A stretch of 64,000 bases of DNA from Treponemataceae bacterium (GTDB taxonomy: Bacteria; Spirochaetota; Spirochaetia; Treponematales; Rectinemataceae), in assembly GCA_963678065.2 (NCBI GenBank), contig CAXXVZ010000003.1:96001-160000 (forward strand). Reading direction: 5' to 3'. Position 1 is the first letter of the stretch. Each line of letters opens with the position of its first letter. Shown one piece after another: positions 20,697-29,578 of this stretch. A model generated the notes under the pieces. That model was not told the origin of the DNA. It saw nothing but the letters and a program-made list of their open reading frames with translations, and did no database searches. A program made the translations under genes and the position numbers.

Positions 20697-21263
20697 ATGA
20701 GTACAGAGATGAAAAAAGCCTATTTCGAGATTACAATTTACGAACTCCAATCCTTGGCTAAGTGGTCTTCCGATTACGCTAGGCGTGCACTCCCGATTTA
20801 TGAGAAATTCGACCCAGCGGACGATCGGCCGCGAAATGCCGTTGATGCGGCCGCGAACTTCGCTCTTGGCGGAGGGAGGACAAACGCCTTGCGCAAGATC
20901 GCGATGGAGGCGTTTCGCGCTTCATCGAGTTCGAGCGCCCCAATTGCCGCATTTGCAGCTAGATCTGCCAGCTTTGCGGCTGCGAGCGCGTTCACACATC
21001 CCTTCGCCGACACCAACCAAGCGAGGCACATACTTGGAGCTGCCGTATGTTCAGCAATGGCATTTGAGTTGGCTGCTGGTTGCGACCCCAATGTTGGTCA
21101 AATACAAATCGCTTCAGCCGCCGAGGCCGCTCCGGATGCGGTATTGAGTTTGCTTGCCAAGATGCCTTCGCAAACTGACGGAAGAACTCGACTAGATGAA
21201 CTCTACGTTCTCCTCGATCTAGCCCTAAGGAGGAGACACCTTGGACTGGTGTCGGAACTCTGA
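20697..21263 (+). CDS. Cassette 12 gene A: Imm5-like putative immunity protein
   Basis: YARRALPIYE..DPADDRPRNAVDAA motif; alanine-rich helices. Confidence 0.65.
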   Translation: MSTEMKKAYFEITIYELQSLAKWSSDYARRALPIYEKFDPADDRPRNAVDAAANFALGGGRTNALRKIAMEAFRASSSSSAPIAAFAARSASFAAASAFTHPFADTNQARHILGAAVCSAMAFELAAGCDPNVGQIQIASAAEAAPDAVLSLLAKMPSQTDGRTRLDELYVLLDLALRRRHLGLVSEL

Positions 21264-21703
21264 TGGGAACTGACAGTCTGATGGACGATCTACATTCGGC
21301 AATTGTGGTTGCTCAAACGGGTGACCATTCTGAAGCACGGCGACTGTTCACCGAAATTGTACCGCGTTTAGGGGACGACGCAGGAAAGAACTGCATTCTG
21401 GCTCACTATATGGCCGACGTTCAGGATAGCGTTGCAGATGAACTACTTTGGGACCTGAGGTCACTACATCACCTCAAACAGGTGACCGAGGACCAAATTG
21501 AGGTGCTTGGCTCATCCCTGAGGACAAAAGGGTTCTATGCATCAATCTACTTGAACATCGCTAACTGCTACATGAAACTCGGAGAACGGGACCAACTAAT
21601 CAAGTATCTTGACCTTGCGGATGCCAGTTGTGATTTGCTGGACCAGGACGAATACGGAAACTTCATTCGAAGTAGAGTTGCCCTATTGCGTAGTAGAACA
21701 TGA
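21263..21703 (+). CDS. Cassette 12 gene B: TPR-like helical protein
   Basis: TGATG overlap with gene A; CILAHYMADVQD and SIYLNIANCY motifs. Confidence 0.65.
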   Translation: MGTDSLMDDLHSAIVVAQTGDHSEARRLFTEIVPRLGDDAGKNCILAHYMADVQDSVADELLWDLRSLHHLKQVTEDQIEVLGSSLRTKGFYASIYLNIANCYMKLGERDQLIKYLDLADASCDLLDQDEYGNFIRSRVALLRSRT

Positions 21704-21817
21704 ACCTAACATTGTTTTCAACCTGACGGCGCCCTTTGGCATGTAATTTGATATAGGATATCAAATTGCATGCCAATCGCTTCGCGAACGGGCTTGCAGG
21801 TTAAAACAGCGTTAGAA
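21704..21817 (+). other. attC12
   Basis: ACCTAAC...GTTAGAA; more divergent interior. Confidence 0.88.
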
Positions 21818-22113
21818 TGACTAAAGCATACCGATAGAGAGAAAGGATTTGAGGTGAAGAAGAGCTGCGCAAAGAGACCGTGGAAAAGCCGCCTGAAAGA
21901 ACTCTCTATGCGTTCGCAGAAAAAGGCGGCGGGAGAACGGTCGAAGAGCGCAGCAAGACTTAGAAAAATGGGAATAAGAGATCACACCGAGAGGTTTGCT
22001 GGTACGAAGAGCGTCGCGAGGAACCGTCCCAGGAGCGCGCAGTCGCGCGCACGAGAATGGGACGGCGAAAAAAGCGCCGCAAGATTGTGGCGACAGATGA
22101 CTGTTGTTCTAAC
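21812..22113 (+). other. Cassette 13: no convincing ORF
   Basis: Bounded by GTTAGAA and the complementary TTCTAAC; the only + ORF reads through the attC. Confidence 0.65.
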
Positions 22114-22120
22114 AACTGCT

Positions 22121-24039
22121 GTGTGCCACGAAATCTGATGGGCACTTTTGAATAGTGATTCAGGAGGTGTCATAAGAGCTGTACGACAGATGAGGAAACA
22201 CCGGGGTAGCTGGTGTGAGCCTCGGGATCTGCTTGCAGGAGCCGGTCTCAAACCGCCAGAAGCTGCTTGGATAAAGAGTCCCGGTGGTGAACGTATCTGG
22301 TTAAAAGGCCCCCGCATGACGGGGTCAGGTGTGGTATCAGGAGGCGAACGAAAGTGAACCGACCGATGAGGTGTCGAAAGTGAGTTTGATGAGGTCAAAA
22401 GCAGTGATTAGCTAGTGCGCTGTGAAAAGAGTCCATCGGGAAACCTGTGTACTGGGTGGACGGCCTCCGGCATTAAGGCGGCGTGAATTGATACTGGGCT
22501 GTTGTATGGAACGTGGGAACCTGTCGTTCCGATGTGAAGGGAGAACCTCAAGCGGCGAACCCGACGAGAGGGAGAGTACCGATGCGGAGCACAGGGACGT
22601 CGCCAGGATGGCGCCGGCTCGTAGTAGTGATGAAGTTCCTGTAACGGGAATGGAGCGAAGGGGCCGACATACTCGTGTCTTTTCTGAACGCCAACTGGCG
22701 ACAGGATGAACGGATGGGAAAGGCAAAACCGTTTGACATACCGAAGCGACTCGTATGGAAGGCATACCAGCGTGTACGGGCGAACGATGGGGCGGCGGGG
22801 ATCGATGGACAGACGCTTGAGAAGTTTGACGGGAAGCTCTCGAAGAATCTCTACAAGCTCTGGAACCGGATGTCCTCGGGCAGCTATCATCCAGACCCAG
22901 TGAAGAGGGTGGAGATTCCGAAGAAGAGCGGAGGAACGCGAGTGTTGGGAATACCGACAGTCGCGGATCGAATCGCGCAAATGACCGCGCGGTTGTGTTT
23001 CGAGCCCATGGTGGAGCCAGGGTTCCATGACGATTCCTACGGATATCGACCGGGGAAATCAGCCCACCAGGCCGTGGCGAAAGCCCGGGAACGGTGCTGG
23101 AAATACGACTGGGTCATCGATCTGGACATCAAGGGATTCTTTGATACCATCGAGTGGGAGCTCATGATGAAGGCGGTGGCGTTTCACAAGCCGCCCGAGT
23201 GGGTTCGGCTGTATATCGAGCGATGGCTCAGAGCCCCGGCAAAGGATGACGCGGGAACGATCATTGAGAGGGATACGGGAACGCCGCAGGGTGGGGTGAT
23301 AAGCCCGCTGCTGGCGAATCTGTTTCTGCAGTACGCCTTCGACATGTGGATGGAACGGAGACACGGGGGAAACCCTTTCGAGCGCTATGCTGACGACATC
23401 GTCAACCACTGCCGGACACAGGCGGAGGCAGAAAATCTCCTCGAAGAGATCAAGCTGCGATTGGCCGAGTGCAAGCTGACGGTACATCCGGAGAAGACGA
23501 AGATCGTGTATTGCAAGGATCGGAACCGTAGGGGAGACTATGAAAGGACCGAGTTTGACTTCCTCGGCTTCACCTTCAGGCCGCGCACGGCGAGGGGGAA
23601 GAACGGGAAGCTCTTCGTGGCCTTTACCCCGGCGATCAGCAGAAAATCCGAGCAGGCGATCAAGGACACGATCCGGACGTGGCGAATCCAGAGGGCGGCG
23701 ACAGCGACCCTCGAAAGTTTGTCGAAACTGTACAACTCGAAGCTTGCGGGATGGTTTGCCTACTACGGGAGATTTCGGCCATCGGCAATGTACGGAATCT
23801 TGTGCATGTTCCAGAAAATCCTCGTAAAATGGGCAAAGTGCACATACAAGCGCCTGAAGAGGAGCTGGCTGAAGGCCGCCGAACTCATGAAGAATGCAGC
23901 TGACAACAAGAAGCACTTGTTCATTCACTGGGAGCATGGATGATATGCCAATGGTAGAGTGTGAAGAGCCGTATGATGGGAGACTATCACGTACGGTTCC
24001 GTGAGAGGCTGGGGGTGAAAATCCCCCGGCCTACTCGAC
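22121..24039 (+). mobile_element. Full-length group II intron, RmInt1-like (class D)
   Basis: 5' GTGTG; domain V GAGCCGTATG...GTACGGTTC from 23966; domain VI with bulged A, ending CTCGAC. Confidence 0.93.
22714..23943 (+). CDS. ltrA: Group II intron reverse transcriptase/maturase, no endonuclease domain
   Basis: NLYKLWNRMSSGSY, GTPQGG, YADD, KTKIVYCKD and C-terminal LFIHW motifs. Confidence 0.95.
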   Translation: MGKAKPFDIPKRLVWKAYQRVRANDGAAGIDGQTLEKFDGKLSKNLYKLWNRMSSGSYHPDPVKRVEIPKKSGGTRVLGIPTVADRIAQMTARLCFEPMVEPGFHDDSYGYRPGKSAHQAVAKARERCWKYDWVIDLDIKGFFDTIEWELMMKAVAFHKPPEWVRLYIERWLRAPAKDDAGTIIERDTGTPQGGVISPLLANLFLQYAFDMWMERRHGGNPFERYADDIVNHCRTQAEAENLLEEIKLRLAECKLTVHPEKTKIVYCKDRNRRGDYERTEFDFLGFTFRPRTARGKNGKLFVAFTPAISRKSEQAIKDTIRTWRIQRAATATLESLSKLYNSKLAGWFAYYGRFRPSAMYGILCMFQKILVKWAKCTYKRLKRSWLKAAELMKNAADNKKHLFIHWEHG

Positions 24040-24180
24040 TCAACCTTACAAATCCTTTGGCATGGTTCTTGCGAAAGATTACGCAAGAACCATGCCAAGC
24101 CCTACGGGCACGGATTTAAAGGTTAAGCGAATGTTAGCCGGACGCCGAATCTATTCACACCAATAAGGAGATTTCCCGAA

Positions 24181-24927
24181 ATGGACATTCCACGGATCTT
24201 CAACATCACCGAAAGTGCTCACCGCATCCATAATCCGTTCACACCCGAAAAGCTCGCCACTCTCGGCGCGGCGCTACGTCTGGAAACGGGGACCCGAGTG
24301 CTCGACCTCGGCAGCGGTTCGGGGGAGATGCTGTGCACCTGGGCACGTGATTACGGAGTCATCGGCACCGGCATCGACATGAGCCAGTTGTTCACCGAGC
24401 AAGCGAAACTCCGTGCTGTAGAACTCGGCGTCGCCGATCAAGTCAAGTTCATCCATGGCGATGCTTCCGGCTATGTCTCTGACGAGAAGGCCAGCGTGGC
24501 AGCCTGTGTCGGTGCCACTTGGATCGCCGGGGGAGTCATCGGCACTATCGAGCTTCTGGCGCGGAGCCTGTGCACCGGAGGGATCATCCTCATCGGCGAG
24601 CCCTACTGGCGGCAGTTACCGCCGACGGAAGATGTTGCCAAGGGGTGTCTTGCCAACTCAATCTCCGATTTTCTCATGCTTCCAGAACTTCTCGCGTCTT
24701 TCAGCCATTTTGGCTACGACGTCGTTGAAATGGTTCTGGCTGACCAAGACGGCTGGGACAGATACGAGGCGGCCAAATGGCTCACCATGCGCCGATGGCT
24801 TGAAGCCAATCCTGACGACGAGTTCGCGAAAGATGTTCGAGCCAAACTGACCTCGGAGCCCGAGCGCTACGCCACTTACACGCGTGAATACCTGGGCTGG
24901 GGTGTGTTCGCGCTGATGCCGCGGTGA
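24181..24927 (+). CDS. Cassette 14: class I SAM-dependent methyltransferase (YjhP-like)
   Basis: VLDLGSGSG and GIDMS motifs; higher GC than neighbouring cassettes. Confidence 0.88.
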   Translation: MDIPRIFNITESAHRIHNPFTPEKLATLGAALRLETGTRVLDLGSGSGEMLCTWARDYGVIGTGIDMSQLFTEQAKLRAVELGVADQVKFIHGDASGYVSDEKASVAACVGATWIAGGVIGTIELLARSLCTGGIILIGEPYWRQLPPTEDVAKGCLANSISDFLMLPELLASFSHFGYDVVEMVLADQDGWDRYEAAKWLTMRRWLEANPDDEFAKDVRAKLTSEPERYATYTREYLGWGVFALMPR

Positions 24928-25064
24928 TGCGTTAGCGCATCCGGCGGATCGTCAACGGCTGTGCCGCGCAACAGCTGGTGGCTCGTCACAATGTGATTGC
25001 GCCTGAATTCATTTCTTATGGTCTGGTTATCCATGCAATCAACAGAAAGGCCTGTCTCAGGCAG

Positions 25065-25078
25065 GCCTAACAATTCAT
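25065..25078 (+). other. attC14 left part
   Basis: GCCTAACAATTCAT directly followed by an intron 5' end. Confidence 0.8.
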
Positions 25079-25306
25079 GTGTGCCACGAGATCTGATGGG
25101 CACCTTTGAATGGAGATTCAGGAGGTGTCATAGGAGCTATGCGACAGATGAGGAACCATTTTCGCAAGGAAACGGGAGCCTCTGGATCTGCTTGTAGGGG
25201 CCGGTCTCAAACCGCCAGAAGCTGCTTGGATAAAGAGTCGACGAGAGGGAGAGTACCGATGCGGAGCACAGGGGCGTCGCCAGGATGGCGCCGGCTCGTA
25301 GTAGTG
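25079..25306 (+). mobile_element. Degenerate group II intron 5' fragment
   Basis: Aligns with 22121-22280, then jumps to ~22563-22629: a ~280-nt deletion that removes the EBS region. Confidence 0.88.
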
Positions 25307-25559
25307 GCGCTGCCGGAAAACAGGGTAGTAGCTGTTTTGGGTTTTGTGGATTCTGGCGGAACAAGGCGAAAGCCTGGATTTTCCGCGCAGATTTCCGCAT
25401 TCCCCGAAATGACAGTTCCTAACAGTCGGGGGGTGATGCCACCAGTTGTCATGATGGGGGAGTATATCGCGGGAATCGGGGCGAGCAACGGGAGGAGGGA
25501 TTCGTCGTCGGCTTGCCTTGACAAGGGAAAGCATGGCGACCCATGCTTCATGCTCCACT

Positions 25560-26495
25560 ATGAAAATCGATAGGCTCCTGTCCATCGTCGTCTACCTTCT
25601 CAACCGTGATCTGGTGAGCGCGAGCGCACTGGCGAAACGTTTCGGCGTTTCGGTTCGGACGATTCAGAGGGACATGGAAGCAATCGATCTGGCAGGCATT
25701 CCGGTGATCAGCGTCCAGGGGCCGTCGGGCGGCTACGGCATCATGGACGGCTATAAGATGGATCGGCGCTTGGTGACCGTGGACGACCTCTTCTTCATCA
25801 TCACCGCGCTACGCGGCATCGAAGATTCGCTGGACGACCGCCGGATAGGCGACGCCTTGGAGAAGATGCGTGGGCTATTGCCGTCGGCGAACGATAATGG
25901 ATTCAAGGACAGGGAAGAGAAACTCCATATCGATTTCAGCATGCTCGGAGGCGGGCCGGACCAGCGGCGGGTATTCAAGACCGTTCAAGAGGCCGTGAAC
26001 TCGGGTCGGCTTCTTAAGATGGACTACACCAATAACCGGTTGGAACGCGAGTCGCGGATCGTGGAACCGATGACGATCGTGTTCCAGTGGCGCTCGTGGT
26101 ACCTGTTCGCCTATTGCCGCCTCCGAGAAGGGTACCGGCTCTTCCGGATTTCGCGGATTAGGGAGCCGAAGATCCTGGACGAACGCTTCCGGCGGCGGAA
26201 TTACGGTTACGAGGAGTTTTCCCGGGAGAACGATCCGGAGCGGACGGGGAACGTCGTGGAACTGACCCTGAAATTCTCAGGCCGGATGGTCCCAGTGGTG
26301 GAAGAGTTCTACAACAAGGAAGACTTGGAACGAACGGCGGACGGCGGCCTTATCGCCAAAACGCGTATGCCCGAGGACGGTTGGATGTACGGCTATATCT
26401 TGAGCTACGGAGCCTTCGTGGAAGTGCTCGACCCCCCCCATATCCGGGACATCATAAAGTCCGCCGCCCGGCACATTCTGCGAATATACGAATAA
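25560..26495 (+). CDS. YafY/PafBC-like HTH-WYL transcriptional regulator
   Basis: LAKRFGVSVRTIQRDM HTH; RIVEP, WYLFAYC and FRISRI motifs. Confidence 0.92.
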   Translation: MKIDRLLSIVVYLLNRDLVSASALAKRFGVSVRTIQRDMEAIDLAGIPVISVQGPSGGYGIMDGYKMDRRLVTVDDLFFIITALRGIEDSLDDRRIGDALEKMRGLLPSANDNGFKDREEKLHIDFSMLGGGPDQRRVFKTVQEAVNSGRLLKMDYTNNRLERESRIVEPMTIVFQWRSWYLFAYCRLREGYRLFRISRIREPKILDERFRRRNYGYEEFSRENDPERTGNVVELTLKFSGRMVPVVEEFYNKEDLERTADGGLIAKTRMPEDGWMYGYILSYGAFVEVLDPPHIRDIIKSAARHILRIYE

Positions 26496-26508
26496 TTGTT
26501 TTTATCCC

Positions 26509-26524
26509 CGACATACAGGTGTCG
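26509..26524. promoter_or_regulatory. Candidate WYL operator
   Basis: Perfect palindrome CGACA-N6-TGTCG between the WYL gene and the GyrI-like gene. Confidence 0.6.
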
Positions 26525-26571
26525 TATACCCTATGCGATGATCGGTCTATCAATCGATTACGGAGGTATTT

Positions 26572-27024
26572 ATGCAGATCATTGAAAGGAAGGAAACACC
26601 CGTCCTATCCGTCCGCTACAGGACGCCGGCGGCGGAACTGCCGAACAGCATGGGCCGGATTTACGGGGAGATCGCGATGTACATGGGTAAGAGCGGCATT
26701 CCCTTCGCCGGACCGCCTTTCGCAATGTACTACAACATGGACATGAACGACCTGGACGTGGAGATCGGGTTTCCGTTGGCCAAGGCCGCGGTCGGCGAAG
26801 GACGGATCGCGGCAGGCAAGCTGCCGGGAGGCTCCTTCGCGACGGCCAAGCATACAGGTCCATACACGACCATTGAGGCGACGTACAACGCGCTGACAGC
26901 CTTCGTGAAGGACAAAGACGTCCAGATGGAAACCTTCATGTTCGAGGAATACCTCAATTCGCCCGAGGATACTCCGCCTGAAAAGCTTGAGACGGTGATC
27001 TACTTCCCGTTGAAAAGGGCCTGA
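26572..27024 (+). CDS. GyrI-like small-molecule-binding protein
   Basis: HTGPYTTI and EEYLNSP...ETVIYFPL motifs; GGAGG RBS. Confidence 0.88.
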   Translation: MQIIERKETPVLSVRYRTPAAELPNSMGRIYGEIAMYMGKSGIPFAGPPFAMYYNMDMNDLDVEIGFPLAKAAVGEGRIAAGKLPGGSFATAKHTGPYTTIEATYNALTAFVKDKDVQMETFMFEEYLNSPEDTPPEKLETVIYFPLKRA

Positions 27025-27303
27025 AAACGGGGCCGACCGCTTCCAGCACCCGGCAAAGGCCGGATGCAGCGGCGGTCGGCCAATCCGGGGAGCGCCCATG
27101 TACGCGTAGGACAACCGAATACCCCTTCGAATTCCTCAAGAACCCGGAAGAACCGATATTTTGGGGGAGCATAACGTTGCAGCGCTTTTCAAATAGGAAC
27201 TGCGAAATCATACTGAACAAGCTTTAAACTTCCGACGCACCTGTTTCCAGCAGCAACATCAAGGACGCACCCAATATTTTACGAAAGACCATCACCGAGG
27301 GGT

Positions 27304-28460
27304 GAGATATGATCAATTGTTGTGGACAGGGGAATAGGAAACGGACGTTCATTTCCGGTAGGGTTTTGTCGCCAAACGAAACCACCGAAAGGGAGAACGT
27401 CCGTGCGACAGACTACAATCAAGCCTCAAAATGATGCAATGCCCGAAACCATGCTGGTGCTGGAAGCCCTCATACGAGAGGGAGCCCGAAAACTGCTCCA
27501 TGCAGCATTGGAAGATGAAATCGAAGCGCATCTTGCCCGGTATCGTGATCTGAAAGACACAAACGAGAGACAGTGTGTGGTGAGAAACGGATACCAGCCG
27601 GAACGGACAGTCCTCACGGGAGCAGGACCCATTCCGGTCAAGCGTCCACGGGTAGACGACAGGATATTGGCAAAAACAGGCGACGAGCGTTTCACAAGTA
27701 CGATATTGCCGAAGTTTATGAGACGGGCGGCGAGCATCGATTCCCTCGTACCTGCGCTGTACCTGAAAGGGATTTCCACCGATGATTTTCCGACAGCCTT
27801 GGAGGCAATCCTGGGTCCACAGGCAAAGGGGCTTTCAGCAACCACGGTAGTACGGCTGAAAGAAGTGTGGACCGATGAATACGAGGAATGGAATAAGCGG
27901 GATGTGAGCGGGAAGCGATATGTGTCCATCTGGGCCGATGGGGTGTACTGCTCTGCACGGCTCGAAGATGAACGATCCTGCTTTCTGGTTATCATGGGCG
28001 CTGATTCATTCGGTAAAAAGGAATTGCTTGCTGTTTCCGACGGTTTCAGGGAAAGCGCGCAGTCCTGGAGAGAGCTTCTTCTCGGCCTTCGCTCTAGGGG
28101 ACTTGTCCACGTACCTTCCCTTGCTGTCTGTGACGGTGCCATGGGATTCCAGGCGGCGGCTGCGGAAGTATGGCCGGAAACAAGAATCCAACGCTGCTGG
28201 TTCCATAAGTCCGGCAATGTCGTGGATACGCTGCCCAGTTCTATCCAGGCAAAGGCCAAGGACATGCTCCACGACCAGTATCTCGCGCCGACGAAAGAGG
28301 ACGCGCTCAAGGCTTTCAGCCTGTTCATTGAAACATTCGGAGCCAAATATCCGAAAGCGGTGGAATGCTTGACAAAGGACAAGGACGACCTGTTCGCCTT
28401 CTACGATTTTCCTGCTGCCCATTGGGTACATATTCGGACGACGAATCCTATTGAATCGAC
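27304..28460 (+). pseudogene. Truncated IS256-family element (transposase from GTG 27403)
   Basis: RNGY, LYLKGIST, IWADG and QRCWFH motifs; homology ends after RTTNPIEST; no right end found. Confidence 0.88.
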
Positions 28461-28612
28461 ATTACCAATGTCATCAAGGCTCAGTCGACTCTTTTCGCCC
28501 ATTGGGAGTGGGGGGGTACGGTACAGGCAGAATATGAAGAGCCGTATGAATCAAGAGATTCACGTACGGTTCCGTGAGGGGCTGAGGGTGAGATTTCCTC
28601 GGCCCACTCGAC
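28461..28612 (+). mobile_element. Group II intron 3' fragment (RT tail + domains V-VI)
   Basis: Frame from 28461 reads ITNVIKAQSTLFAHWEWG; domain V from 28539; ends CCCACTCGAC. Confidence 0.88.
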
Positions 28613-28708
28613 CTTATTAATCCTTTGCCATGGTTCTTGCGAGAAGATCACGCAAGAACCATGCCAAGCCCTTCGGACACGGATTTAAAGGTTAAGCCAA
28701 TGTTAGAA
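28613..28708 (+). other. attC14 right part
   Basis: CTTATTAATCC...GGTTAAGCCAATGTTAGAA; same subfamily as attC13. Confidence 0.85.
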
Positions 28709-28745
28709 GGACACCGCTCACGCGGCGCAAAAGGAGAGCAAAAAC

Positions 28746-29573
28746 ATGAAACAAGAATATAAAGCGGATCTAGATAGTATATTGGCAACACAAAACATTA
28801 ATGGTGGAGAATATTGGTCAACATCAGACGGTGGAATAGCAAAAGGTGTTCCGTTTTCAACATTGGAAGCAGGAATGATGCTTTATGAAATAGGTTATGA
28901 TAATCAAAGTAAAGAAATAAAAGGAATAGCAGATTTAATACTTAAGAACATCAGAGAAGATGGACGGATTAAAGTATATCCATCTGGAACAATATACCCT
29001 TGCCAAACCTCGAATGCAGCAAGAACACTTTCTTGCTTGGGATATTCACGTGATCAAAGATTAGATGCATCGTATTCATATTTCTTGAAAACCCAACAAC
29101 CAGATGGCGGATGGCGCTGCAATGCCTCGAAATTCGGGAATGGTCCTGAAACAAAGTTCTCAAACCCAGGTCCAACATTAACAATACTTGACGTGTTTCG
29201 ATTTACAAAACATCTCAATATTGATGAACAATTAGATAATGCTGTAGAATTCTTATTGAAACATTGGGAAACGAAACTTCCACTCGGTCCTTGCCATTAT
29301 GGAATTGGCACACTATTTATGAAAATTGAGTTTCCAATGGTTAGATATAACGTATTTCATTATGTGTATACATTGTCTTTTTATGATAAAGCAAAAAGAG
29401 ATCCGAGATTCCTTGAAGCGCTAAAAGTGATAACAGACAAATTAGTAAATGATAAAATTGTTACAGAAAGCACAAATAAGAAACTATCAAAGTATGTGTT
29501 TTGCATGACAAATGTCCCGAATGCAATTGCAACAGCGCATTATAATGAGATAGTTGAAAACCTGGAAAAATGA
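28746..29573 (+). CDS. Cassette 15: prenyltransferase/squalene-oxidase repeat-like protein
   Basis: QQPDGGW repeat motif; GGAG RBS. Confidence 0.7.
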   Translation: MKQEYKADLDSILATQNINGGEYWSTSDGGIAKGVPFSTLEAGMMLYEIGYDNQSKEIKGIADLILKNIREDGRIKVYPSGTIYPCQTSNAARTLSCLGYSRDQRLDASYSYFLKTQQPDGGWRCNASKFGNGPETKFSNPGPTLTILDVFRFTKHLNIDEQLDNAVEFLLKHWETKLPLGPCHYGIGTLFMKIEFPMVRYNVFHYVYTLSFYDKAKRDPRFLEALKVITDKLVNDKIVTESTNKKLSKYVFCMTNVPNAIATAHYNEIVENLEK

Positions 29574-29578
29574 GTTTC

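Larger units (their letters stand above)
22107..24139 (+). other. attC13, interrupted by a group II intron
   Basis: TTCTAACAACTGCT | intron | TCAACCTTACAAATCC...GTTAGCC; the halves rejoin exactly. Confidence 0.92.

Noticed and set aside
21854..22138. 94-aa ORF as a real gene
   Set aside because: No recognisable motif, and it ends only inside the intron.
22714..23943. Retron, DGR or defence RT
   Set aside because: It lies within a complete intron with domains V-VI and precise exon junctions.
22121..24039. Standard group IIC-attC intron
   Set aside because: The strand and insertion position differ, and the RT and RNA motifs resemble RmInt1 (class D). Phylogeny is still needed to confirm.
27322..28620. 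Intact 432-aa IS256 transposase
   Set aside because: Homology stops at 28460; the remainder is read-through into intron sequence.
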